64,000 nucleotides of DNA from Eledone cirrhosa (taxonomy: Eukaryota): NCBI GenBank assembly GCA_964016885.1, contig OZ024741.1, positions 367,784,001-367,848,000 of the forward strand. The letters are read 5' to 3'. The translations under genes were made by a program, and so were the position numbers. Below, piece after piece: positions 25,495-37,737 of the stretch (positions are counted from its first letter, which is position 1; the number at the start of each line of letters is the position of its first letter). Under the pieces are notes generated by a model. It made no database searches, was not told the origin of the DNA, and was given only the letters and a program-made list of their open reading frames with translations.

Positions 25495-26119
25495 CCTCCC
25501 ATGGACATCAATTAATCTAGAGAAGTTCACTACAGTAAAACAATCAACCTAGTGGACCCCATAAAGTCCTGAGAGAGCTTGGAAAGGTCATGAACACTGG
25601 TCTTTGCTTTTCCTCTCTCCTCCACTGACCAAATAACAAAAAGGACATAGAAATAATGAAAGACTCAGATATTTTTTTCTAAATGTTAATCTCTCTCTCT
25701 CTCCACACAGGCTGGGTGAATAGATAGATGTTAGTAAATAAATGTCTTTTCTTTGTTGTTGTTTCTGTGACATTTGAGAAATTGACTCTAACCCTTTTGA
25801 TATCAAACCATTTAAAATAGTTTTATGATATAAAATGTTTATTCTTATCTAAAAAGAGAAAAAATATTTTACCATACTTTTATGTAAGAATCTTTGATAA
25901 ATATTTTTTACTAAATTTCTCTAAATTCTTGATATTTTAAAAATTATTTCAAAATCATATATAATGTTTCATTAGAAGGAAATATGATAAAAGTGTTCGC
26001 TTTGTGTATATGTGAGAGAGAGGCAGATAGACAGATTATAATAATATAATAGAAAATATTGGGGTTTTTTTTTTTATGAGTGAAGAGAGAAAATAAAGTG
26101 TGTGTGTAATATATCTAGG

Positions 26120-26410
26120 TGCAGACATGGGTGTGTAGTCAAGGAGTTCACTTTGCAACCATGTGGTTTTGAGTTCAGTCACATTGCATGGCACTTTGGG
26201 CTTTTGCTAAAGTCTTGGTTGACCAATGCCTTGTGATTGAAATTTTCTAGATCAAAATTGTGCAGAAGCCTGCTGCTTCTGTCCTGTCACTTACAGTTTG
26301 ACAAAGAGGGATCGATAAAATAAGTACCAAACTTGGAAAAAAAGTACTGGGGTCAATAAATCCCTTCAAGAGAGTGTCCTAGCATGCATGCTGTTTAATC
26401 ACTGAAACCA
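26120..26410 (+). mobile_element. Old tRNA-derived SINE family 3
   Basis: Motif CAACCATGTGG...GTTCAGTC.CA.TGCATGGCAC...GGTTGACCAATGCCTTGTG. Related copies at ~12465-12590, ~21625-21775 and ~54417-54575. Confidence 0.65.
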
Positions 26411-27244
26411 TTAAATGTATGTGTAGAGATGGAGAAAATAGGATAATGAAATTTGCATCTCACACCTCTGCATGTTTAGCTGGTCTTATATGACTGCATC
26501 TTATAGCAGATTTCTTGGGTGTTTTAGTGATAGGTGCCCTAGTCTTATGATGAATAGCAATGTGAAATGAAGTGTCTTGTTCAAGAACACAGCTCTAAAT
26601 ACAGTCCAACACCCTAACTATCAGGATAGAGAAAAAAACAATAAATAGTGAAAATAATGCCTCCCTTGTATTTTTGACTAAATAAATTAGCCTAATAATT
26701 TGGAGTTATAAAAACCCACAGAAACGGAAAAATGAATGAGCATTGACATACATGGGTCACGAACCAACATCTCTGGCTACCATGGCCATTGCATTACCAA
26801 TACACCAATACACCACGCACACATTTCCATTAAATTTGAAGCTATATAATCATAGTGTATGAATACATACATATAAGATAGAATAAATTAGCCTAATAAT
26901 TAAGCTTTGTATCTTATATAAAAACAATGAAATTGAAAATAGGGAGACAAAGAGTAAATCATTAGGTATCAACTTTGATCCTGTTATGTGGCACCTTTGA
27001 CAAGTGTCATTTATCATAACCTTGTGAGTGATGGAAAATGCTTGGATGCCCATCAGATGGATTATATCTGTAATTCAAAAGGCCAGCCTTGTGTCACACT
27101 GAATCTCCGAGAATTATGTTATAGGTACACATATCTGTGTGAAATGCTCAGCCAGTTAAATGTTAATTTCATGAGCAGGCTGTTCTGTTGATCGAACAAC
27201 TGAAAGACATCATCAAAACTGACAGATTAATTCCTTGTGTGGGT

Positions 27245-27980
27245 AGATGAATCGGTGTATGGATGGATGGATGTATCGGTGTATGGATGGATGTATTAAT
27301 GTGTGGATCTGGTGTATGGTTGGATGGATTAATTTGTGGAATTGGTGTATGGATGGATGGATTAATGTATGGTTTGGTGTATGGATGGATGTATTAATGT
27401 GTGGATCTGGTGTATGGTTGGATGGATTAATTTGTGGAATTGGTGTATGGATGGATGGATTAATGTATGGTTTGGTGTATGGATGGATGTATTAATGTAT
27501 GGATCAATGGATGGATGTATCAATGGATGGGTGGATTAATGTATGGATCAATGGATGGATGTATCAATGGATGGGTGGATTAATGTATGGATCAATGGAT
27601 GGATGTATTAATGTATGGATGGGTGGATTAATGTATGGATCAATGGATGGGTGGATTAATGTATGGATCAATGGATGGATGTATTAATGTATGGATCAAT
27701 GGATGGATGTATTAATGTATGGATCAATGGATGGGTGGATTAATGTATGGATCAATGGATGGGTGGATTAATGTATGGATCAATGGATGGGTGGATTAAT
27801 GTATGGATCAATGGATGGGTGGATTAATGTATGGATCAATGGATGGGTGGATTAATGTATGGTTTGGTGTATGGATGGATTAATATATGGATCTGTGTAT
27901 GTGGATAAATGGATTGATGTATAGGTTTATGGATGGATCATTCTATGAGTGGCTGGATGAATGGACCAATGTATGTATGG
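27245..27980. repeat. Satellite, ~28-bp unit GGATGGGTGGATTAATGTATGGATCAAT, derived from (GGAT)n
   Basis: Visible directly in the sequence. Confidence 0.92.
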
Positions 27981-28757
27981 GTATATAAATCAGTGTGTAT
28001 ATAGGTGAATCAGTGAAGAAAACGCCAAGAAATGGATGGATTAATACTAAAGAGCTTCCTATAAAAGTTGTTTCTACCCCTCCCATTCCACCCCACTTAC
28101 AATATTATCTTGACATTGAGATGTTACCACAGCAGCAACAACAACCTTGCTCTGCCTCTTACAGGCAAACACCATCAGAACCTTCTAGCATGGTTCCTCC
28201 CATCTCTTTAACATTTTTAGTTGCTTCCCTATTTCCCCTTTCAGCCTCTCTCTCTCTCCCCCTCTCTCTCTCTACTATTCCTATATTCTCAATCCCTCCT
28301 TCCTACTGTATTGCTCTCTTTACTTCTATTTTCAGTTTCTTACTCCCTCCCATTCTTCAATCTTTCTATTGCAATGATAATGAGCATTCTTTCATTGGTT
28401 TTGATAATGGGCATTCAGTTCTTCAGTCAACTGAATGTCCAGTTCATGAATTGCCATATAAGTGGCTGAGTATTCCACACACATGTGTATTCTTAACACA
28501 ATCTCCAAGCAGAATCAGCATGACACAATGAGACAAGACTGGACCGGTTGAATTACCTTCAGCTTTCCTGTACAGACCTGTGGTGGGTGGGTAGGTGGGT
28601 GAATAATAGAATCGGTAGAGCACCCGAGAAAGTACCTCATGGTATTTGGTTAGGTGCTTTCATATTCTAAGTTAATCTTGAAGAACAGAGAACCAGATCA
28701 AATATTGCAAGGCATTCTATCTGACATTGTAATTTCTCTGCCAATTCACCACCATTA

Positions 28758-29255
28758 TTTGAGTTCAAATCCCGCCGAGGTTAACTTTGCCTTTCATCCT
28801 TACGGGTTCGATAAAATAAAGTACCAGTAATACACTGGGTAATTGCTGGCCTTGTGTCAAAAGTAGAAACAATTATTTGCAAAGTTGGATTGGCAGTATC
28901 GGTAGAGGGTCAGACGCATAGTTACGCCCCTTGCCATTCTGAGTTCAAATCCCGCCGAGGTTAACTTTGCCTTTCATCCTTACGAGGTCAATAAAATAAA
29001 GTACCAGTAATGTACTGGGTAATTGCTGGTCTTGTGCCAAAAGTAGAAACAATTATTTGGAGAGTTGGTGGATTGGCAGTATCGGTAGAGGATCGGACGA
29101 CATGCTTTGCAGCATAGTTACGCCCCTTTATGGTTTGAGTTCAAGTCCCACCAAGATTAACTTTGCCTTTCATCCTTACGCGGTCAATAAAATAAAGCAC
29201 CAGTAATGTACTGGAGTAATTGCTGGCCTTGTGTCAAAAGTAGAAACAATTATTT
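28758..29255 (+). mobile_element. Three head-to-tail copies of SINE family 1
   Basis: B box, core and tail are repeated three times. Confidence 0.88.
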
Positions 29256-29589
29256 GCAGAGTTGTTAGTGTTGGATTAAATTCCTTGCAGTATTTATTCT
29301 GGCCCTCTGTAACTTGACTTTACATCTTTTTGGGGTTCCTAAATAAAGTACCAATCTAGCAACAGTAGGTTAGTCGAATTGTTAAAGAATCAAACAGAAT
29401 GCTTTGCGATGTCTGATCTGGCTCTGTGCATTCTGGGTTAAAATTTCACTAGCAGATAACAGCAATGGAAATACCAATAGAAACATTGTTTCTGATCTGA
29501 CAAACTGCTCCTTTTTTCCCTACTATATATATAATGTTTCTTATATTTTTCAGTGAGACTCTATTTCATTTGAAGAGCCATCTGCCAAT

Positions 29590-31330
29590 ATGCTCAAGAC
29601 GCACAAAAAACCAGATCGAGCGTTATACGTTTTCCCTGCACGCCGCATGATCAAGGAACATGATTCAGACTGCAACAGTGACACTGATGCCACTCATACA
29701 AATACTGCTAATACTACCATTACACACCAATACAAGCAGCCAGAATCTTCTCCAAATAGACAACAGCGATCTGTTTTGGTTGCCAACAGAGATCAAGCAA
29801 ATGACAACAAGATTTTGGCAAACAAGTTTAATAATAACAATTCTCCAAACAGACAACAATTTTCTGTTTCAATTGCCAACAAAGATCATACAAACAACTA
29901 CCACAATGTTTTGTCGATCAAGCTTAATAATAATTCTCCAAACAAGCAGCAACGTACTGTTTTAATTGCCAACAAGAATCAGGCCAATGGCTACCACAAA
30001 GATCTTTTAAATACATTGAATAATAAATCATCTCCAAACCATCGTGAAAATGTTGCAACGAAGGAAATTGGTCAGGATTGTTTGCGTCAGAGACGATTTG
30101 GTCGTGCCAGACAGCTTCATTCAAATTCACCAGAAACAAATAGATACATGACAGCAGGAAGAGGAAGAATGCTTTCTCTTATGAAAACCTACTTGAAGAT
30201 GGAATCAGAGTTCCAGAATGGAGGGAAAGTCCATGGCATAGAAGCTGCTTCTTTGAAATCTGAAGACGCTTGTGATGCTGTAAACCAAAACCAGCAAAGA
30301 ATACACAATAATTCTTACCCAATCTCATCACCTAATGGTGTTTTACGAAACAAACGTGAGAATACGAGAATATTAGGTGTAGGGAAAGTTTCTTTAGCTA
30401 AAAAGTCAACAGTGGCTGAAAGGGATAAGAAATCTCCAAGAGTTTCTCCAGACGGATGTTTGTTAATGGATCCAGATATATCAGTTGAACAGTTTGAGTC
30501 TTGTGATCAGGAGGAAGAGGCGCAACAACAGAAAAAAGAGAAATGTTTATTAAATGACAAGATTTCTTCATTACCAGACAATTCTAAAATCACCAAAAAG
30601 CCCACTGTGGAAAACAAACCAGTTTTGAGCTGGGCTGAAGAAATGAAAGAATTTGATCGGCTCCATCTTAATGATAATACTAATAATAATAACACTAATG
30701 TTGAAGAGGATAAGGATGTTTATGGCACATCACTAAATAGTTCAAGAAAATCAGTAGAAAAAGAGAAAGAGAATCAATTTTGCCACACTAGATCACCTGA
30801 AAACCATATCTCATATGAAGCAAACAATTATTCACCCAATGAAAACCAATATTTGGATTACGGAGGAAACAGACACCACTCTAAACATCGGATTAATACA
30901 CGGTGGCGGAGAATGTCCAATGAGGCTAATGGTAGTAATTTTAACTCCAAAAACAGAACATCTAATTTTGTTGTGAATGGAAACCAAATTTCTCAGAAAG
31001 ATGACTTACAACATAAAATAAGTAGCATCAAAAACACTGGGACAATTTCACCATATAGGAATAAACAGGCACTTCTATCAAACCCTGACCATGCCAAAAG
31101 AATAACCAAAACTTGGGAAGAAAGCTTTCTATCACGATGTTCTGCGGCTGGTTATAAATTCTTTGATACTCACTGCCACCTAGACAGGATCTTTGATGAT
31201 CTGAAAAGCAAATCAGAAAAAGTGTTTTCAAATTTCAAGGAATTTAAAGAAGAAAACTGGACAACATTTCCAAAAGAATTTGTTGGTTGCCTGACTGTTT
31301 TTTGTGATCCTTGGAAATTTGATCCCAAAG
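29590..31330 (+). CDS. TATDN2: TatD-family nuclease (TATDN2-like), coding exon 1: long disordered N-terminus and start of the TatD domain
   Basis: Acceptor TTTTTCAG|29554 with an in-frame TGA upstream of ATG 29590. Open for 580 codons; FFDTHCHLD...FPKEFVGCLTVFCDP. Donor AG|GTTAGT at 31331, phase 1. Confidence 0.9.
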
Positions 31331-31569
31331 GTTAGTTTTGAAGGAATACTTTAAATTTTTATCTTCCCTTTTTTTTTTTTTTTTTTTTTTTTTTTCTACA
31401 TCCTATGCTTGTTTTTAAGGTGGTATTTTGGCAGGGAATGTATGAAAAAAGGTGGCTGTAATGAAGCTGAAACTTCAATCACTGCTACCTTTTTCTTAAA
31501 ATGCCCCAAAATGCTATATGTCAATGCAGTGCTCCTACGACTCTATCAGGAATTGTGGGACCGTACATA

Positions 31570-31640
<71 letters not shown>

Positions 31641-31860
31641 CAAATATTAAATATCAGAGTGAATTCTGATGTTGTTCTCTCTCATATTTAATATTTGTAT
31701 TTTCGCTCTGTTTATTCCATGTTTGCTTGACATCCTTTCTCTCACTTACTCACTTTGTTCTCTCGTCTTGCAATTTATATGCATTGAGCACGCTACCCCC
31801 TTCACTACTGGCATGTAACTTTCATGACTAATCCCATATCTCTCCTTTTGGTTACACATG

Positions 31861-31891
<31 letters not shown>

Positions 31892-32070
31892 CATAAACAT
31901 GAAAACATTGGGACTCAAAAACAATCTAACACTAGCTATCCACAAACCAGACAAATACTGTCAAAAGACCTGATGCTGACTTATTCTGCTATATACATAC
32001 CACACAACATGAAATCATAAAAAGTAACCATTATATCTATATAGTTATATATTATCATTATTATCCTCAT

Positions 32071-34322
32071 CATCATCATCATCATCATCAACGTTTAACG
32101 TCCGTGTTCCACGCTTGCATGGGTTTGGACGGGGGTAGTCCCACTTGAGGCAAGAGTGATTGTCTTGCTCGCATAGGACTGTCTGGCAGGTTTTCTACAG
32201 TTGGATGCCCTTCCTAACACCAACCACATTTACAGTGTGGGTCTGGGAGGTTTTTACCGTGTTGCCTACACGGCCACATTACAGCGTGGACTGTGTGTTT
32301 TTTTGTCGTGACACCTACACGATCTCATTTGTTTCGGCCTCGATGGCACGGCACCAACATAACTTTACATAGAACGGGGGGGGGTGGGGGGGGGGGGGGG
32401 GTGTATTTTGTTAGAGATGCCTACTGGCTGGAGTAGGTTTTACTATATATTTAGGTAAGGCGGGTCTTCTCTGTTACTGAGTACCGCCAAAGGTCTCGGT
32501 CCAGTGACATTGTCTTGGAGAGGTGTAAGTGTGTGAGGTCGGAATTTATCAGCTCGTCCCAGGTTTTTCTAGGTCTGCCTATTCCGTGACTACCGTCTAT
32601 CTTTATTGCCCTGCACTTTGTTATACAGCTATCGACTTTCATGCGCATCACGTGTCCATACCAACATAGCCTTCTCTCGAGTAAACAACATCTGATCCCT
32701 CTTATCTCTAATTTTTTCCTTAGTTCGTTTATGCTTTGCCGTTCACGTATATTACTGTTACACATCCAGCGGAGCATGCAAGCTTCGTTCCTCTCTAGTC
32801 TGCGTATATCCTCTGCACACAATGCCCAGGTCTCACTGCCATGCAGCATTGCTGTTCGTATGCAGGCATCGTACAACCTGCCTTTCATTTTTAGGGAGAA
32901 CCCTTTAGCAGCTAATAGTGGTATAAGCTCTCTGAACTTTTTCCAACCAGTTCTGACTCTAGCTACAGTACTTTCAGAGCACCCTCCCCCACTGCTGATT
33001 TTATCGCCCAGGTAACGGAAGCTGTCCACTATTTCTATAGAACCCTCTGCGCAATTGAAAGAGCTAGTATTTTGTGGGCACTTGCTGCTACTTATTGCAC
33101 CAGAACACCGGCCACATGTAAAATCTATGTTCTTAGTTAGCTTACCTGTGATCCCACTACATCTTTTATGCACCCATACTTTGCATTTAGGACATAAAAT
33201 GGAGTTTCTACCTACGCCTTTCCTACACACCGAGCACGACCATTTCCCAGAAGGGACCCCCGCCTTGTTTTCTTTCCTACAAACTAGTACTTTGGTCTTA
33301 GCCAGGTTAATTTTAAGTCCTTTTGACTCTAGGCCGTGCTTCCATGTTTGGAATTTCTTCTCTAGCTCGGCCATTGATTCCGCTATGAGTGTCAGGTCGT
33401 CTGCGTATAGGAGTTCCCATGGGCAGCCTGTCTTGAACTCCTCTGTTATAGCCTGAAGGGCAATAATAAATAGTAGGGGGCTGAGAACAGAGCCCTGATG
33501 GACGCCAACTTTTACGCTAAACTCTTCACTATATTCGTTGTTAATTCTAACCTTGCTGACTGTTTCTTTATACATGGCTTGTATAGCCCTCACAAGCCAT
33601 TCGTCAACGCCTAGTTTTCTAAGAGCCCACCAGATAATGGAGCGGGGGACTCTGTCGAAGGCTTTCTCCAAGTCGACAAAAGCTAAGTAGAGGGGTTTAC
33701 CTTTAGCTAGGTACTTCTCCTGTAGTTGTCGTACTATGAAAAGAGCGTCTGTGGTACTTTTGCCTGACACAAACCCGAACTGCATTTCATCTAGGTCAAT
33801 TCTCTCTCTGATTAGTTGCGCTATTACTTTTTCCGTGACCTTCATGACCTGGTCGATTAATTTAATGCCTCTATAGTTACTCCTATCTAGGGCGTCTCCT
33901 TTACCCTTATAACAGTTAACGATGATGCTGCTATGCCAGTCCTTCGGAACAACCCCATTCTGTACGACTTGGTTAACTATGCGGGTGACCATGGTGTGTC
34001 CCACCGTGCCAGATGCCTTCAGCATCTCAGCAACTATTTCCGAAGGCCCAGCCGCCTTACCCGTCTTCATATCCTTGATTGCCTTACTTATTATACTCCC
34101 CTCGACTAACACTGCTGGTCCCTCTATTGGGTCGATATGGGGGAGACTATCTTTCTCCCATTTATTCTCCTCATTTAGTAGCCTTTCATAGTGACACTTC
34201 CAAGCTACCTTCTTATCAGCGTCGGTGATGGCAAGTGTGCCATCGTCGTTTAGTACACACTTCTCCCCGACAATATCACGGTTTTCCTTGACGCATTGCC
34301 TAGCAATCCTGAACACCTCATC
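32071..34322 (-). mobile_element. Young 5'-truncated RTE-clade LINE with uninterrupted RT ORF, 3' UTR and (ATG)n tail
   Basis: Open frame ~34322-32451 with NYRGIKL, QFGF, FVDLEKAFD, GVHQGSVLSP, LYADD, FRYLG and GRPRKTW. Flanked by a 33-bp direct repeat (32038-32070 / 34410-34442). Confidence 0.95.
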
Positions 34323-34444
34323 AGTCGATAAAATAAAGTACCAGTAATACACTGGGTAATTGCTGGCCTTGTGCCAAAAGTAGAAAATAATTATTATCCT
34401 CATCAGTTATATATAGTTATATATTATCATTATTATCCTCATAA

Positions 34445-34632
34445 GGGCGGTGGCAGTATCGGTAGAGGGTCGGACGCCATGCTTTGATGCATAGAGTTAC
34501 GGCCCTTTCCATTCTGAGTTCAAATCCCGCCAAGGTTAACTTTGCCTTTCATCCTTACGGGGTCGATAAAATGAAGTACCAGTAATGTACTGGGTAATTG
34601 CTGGCCTTGTGCCAAAAGTAGAAACAATTATT
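34445..34632 (+). mobile_element. SINE family 1
   Basis: Full head, core and tail. Confidence 0.88.
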
Positions 34633-34782
34633 ATCATCATCACCATTTAACATGTTGTCTGGGTTAGACGAGTTGCCTCTGCTCTTACAGAACTGTTTCT
34701 CGCTTGGTTTCTACAGCTGTGCCAACCACATTGCAGCATCGACTCCGTGCTTTTTATCGTGGCACCAAAACAACATACATGC

Positions 34783-35885
34783 GTGTGTGTGTGATATATA
34801 TATATATGTGTGTGTGTGATATATATATATATGTGTGTGTGTGATATATATACATGTGTGTGTGTGTGATATATATATATATGTGTGTGTGTGATATATA
34901 TACATGTGTGTGTGTGTGATATATATATATGTGTGTGTGTGATATATATACATGTGTGTGTGTGTGATATATATATATGTGTGTGTGTGTGATATATATA
35001 TATATGTGTGTGTGTGATATATATATATATGTGTGTGTGTGATATATATACATGTGTGTGTGTGTGATATATATATATGTGTGTGTGTGATATATATACA
35101 TGTGTGTGTGTGTGATATATATATATGTGTGTGTGTGTGATATATATATATATGTGTGTGTGTGTGTGATATATATATATATGTGTGTGTGTGATATATA
35201 TATATGTGTGTGTGTGATATATATACATGTGTGTGTGTGATATATATATATGTGTGTGTGTGTGATATATATATATATGTGTGTGTGTGTGATATATATA
35301 TATGTGTGTGGGTGTGATATATATATATATGTGTGTGTGTGATATATATATATATATGTGTGTGTGTGATATATATATATGTGTGTGTGTGTGATATATA
35401 TGTGTGTGTGTGATATATATATATATGTGTGTGTGTGTGATATATATATATGTGTGTGTGTGTGATATATATATATATGTGTGTGTGTGTGTGATATATA
35501 TATATATGTGTGTGTGTGATATATATACATGTGTGTGTGTGATATATATATATGTGTGTGTGTGTGATATATATATATATGTGTGTGTGTGTGATATATA
35601 TATATATGTGTGTGTGTGTGATATATATATATATGTGTGTGTGTGATATATATATATGTGTGTGTGTGATATATATATATGTGTGTGTGTGATATATATA
35701 TATATGTGTGTGTGTGATATATATATATATGTGTGTGTGTGATATATATATATATGTGTGTGTGTGATATATATATGTGTGTGTGTGATATATATATATA
35801 TGTGTGTGTGTGATATATATATATATATGTGTGTGTGTGATATATATATATATATGTGTGTGTGATATATATATATGTGTGTGTG

Positions 35886-35920
<35 letters not shown>

Positions 35921-36072
35921 ATATATATCATCATTTCATTTTACGTCCGCTTTTCCCTGCTTGCAAGGGTGGGATGGGAACTGATTCTTGCAACCTTTCG
36001 ATTGCAAGGCCAATGCTCTAACCATTAAGCCATGTGCCTCCATTTATATATATATATATATATATGTGTGTG

Positions 36073-36109
<37 letters not shown>

Positions 36110-36148
36110 CTATATATATATGTGTGTGTGTGTGATATATATGTGTGT

Positions 36149-36186
<38 letters not shown>

Positions 36187-36260
36187 ATATATATATATAT
36201 ATGTATGTATGTGTGTGCTATATATATATATGTGTGTGTGTGATATATATGTGTGTGTGA
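34783..36260. repeat. Compound (TG)n-(AT)n satellite; contains an internally deleted SINE family 2 copy at 35927-36041 (-)
   Basis: Visible directly in the sequence; source of the HTHIYI pseudo-ORFs. Confidence 0.95.
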
Positions 36261-36858
36261 TCATCATCATCATCATTTTACGTCCGCTTTTCCCTGCTTG
36301 CAAGGGTGGGACGGGTCTTATTCAGCACAGCATCTCTCCACTCGTCACGGTCCTTCGTCATCTCCACCGTGAGCTTCAATGATCTGAGGTCTGTTCTCAC
36401 CACCTCCGCCCATGTTTTTCGTGGTCTACCTCTACCACGTCTTCCTTCAACTGGCATTTCCTGGCACTTCTTCACCCATCGGTCATCCTCCATGCGCATC
36501 ACATGTCCATACCACCTCAGTCTCCTCTCCCGTACACTACATTCTATCCCTCTCAGACACAGTTTCTCTCTCAACACATTTATGCTGGGTCGTTCACGCA
36601 CATTTACACTGCACATCCAACGGAGCATGCTTGCCTCATTTCTCTCCAGCCGTCGCATATCCTCTGCAGTTGCTGCCCATGTCTCACTACCATGCAGCAT
36701 CGCGCTCCTCACACAGGCATCATACAACCGGCCTTTCGTACGCAGGGAGAAACCCTTCTTCGTCAACAGAGGAAGCAGCTCCCTAAACTTCTTCCAACCC
36801 GTCCTTATTCTAGATACTATGGCCTCGGAACACCCTCCTCCCATGCTAATCTGATCTC
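36261..36858 (-). mobile_element. 5'-truncated RTE LINE, second subfamily (ORF runs into the tail)
   Basis: GGGCSEAIVSRIRTGWKKFRELLPLL...HGSETW...GRGRPRKTW, with tail CCCACCCTTGCAAGCAGGGAAAAGCGGACGTAAA(ATG)n. Confidence 0.92.
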
Positions 36859-36901
<43 letters not shown>

Positions 36902-37007
36902 GCATTTATATGCAATCCAAACCTGATAGAAAGAAAATGTGACAGTACAGTACATACCAAGTGTGGCTCAGTTCCTACAGGTGTACTATATGTTTGGCTT
37001 ATACCAT

Positions 37008-37236
37008 TTCACCCTTTAGCTTTTAAACTGGCCGTATCCAGCCAGAATTCTCTCACCTCTTTCTGTTCAAACCGGCCAGAACCGGCTGCTCATATTGATG
37101 TTAAGATATTGTTCTCAAAGTAAGTAATATAAAAATCTTGTAGATGCAATATTATGCGAGATAATTATGTGAGATAAAGTGTTTACCATGAAAATACAAT
37201 AGTAAATATAGAGTAATGTAGATGCTAAAGGGTTAA
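37008..37236. mobile_element. piggyBac-like MITE family A
   Basis: TIRs present; TTAA on the right. Confidence 0.82.
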
Positions 37237-37335
37237 GAATATCATGTAACCATAACTCTTTTCCAACTCATATACCATTATTACTTTGTAATGTTCCCTA
37301 GTGGCGTTTTCCTTGTTGACTTTTATTATTATTTG

Positions 37336-37737
37336 GCACTATCGGTAGAGAGTCGGACGCCATGCTTTGAAGCATAGAGTTACGTCCCTTTCCATTCTGA
37401 ATTCAAATCCCGCCGAGGTTAACTTTGCTTTCATCCTTATGAGGTCGATAAAATAAAGTACCAGTAATACACTGGGTAATTGCTGGCCTTGTGCCAAAAG
37501 TAGAAACAATTATTATTTGGCAGTATCAGTAGAGAGTCAGACGCCATGCTTTGCAGCAAAGAGTTATGGCGCTTTATGGTCTGAGTTCAAATCCCGCCGA
37601 GGTTAACTTTGCCTTTCATCCTTACAGGGTTGATAAAATAAAGTACCAGTATTGTACTTTGTAATTGCTGGCCTTGTGCCAAAAGTAGAAACAATTATTA
37701 TTAGCAGGCCTTGTGCCTAAAGTAGAAACAATTATTA
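37336..37737 (+). mobile_element. Two tandem SINE family 1 copies plus an extra tail
   Basis: Repeated head, core and tail. Confidence 0.87.

Noticed and set aside
27995-28531. 178-aa hydrophobic ORF
   Set aside because: Low-complexity CT-rich DNA plus a reversed SINE-like domain; no recognisable motif or splice support.
34323-34403. N-terminus and ATG of the 650-aa RT ORF (likewise the N-termini of the ORFs starting at 42161 and 49474)
   Set aside because: Fortuitous read-in from flanking SINE or microsatellite; the elements are 5'-truncated and lack the endonuclease.
34647-35934. Long ORFs (up to 407 aa) rich in H/T/Y/I
   Set aside because: They are translations of a (TG)n(AT)n satellite, not genes.
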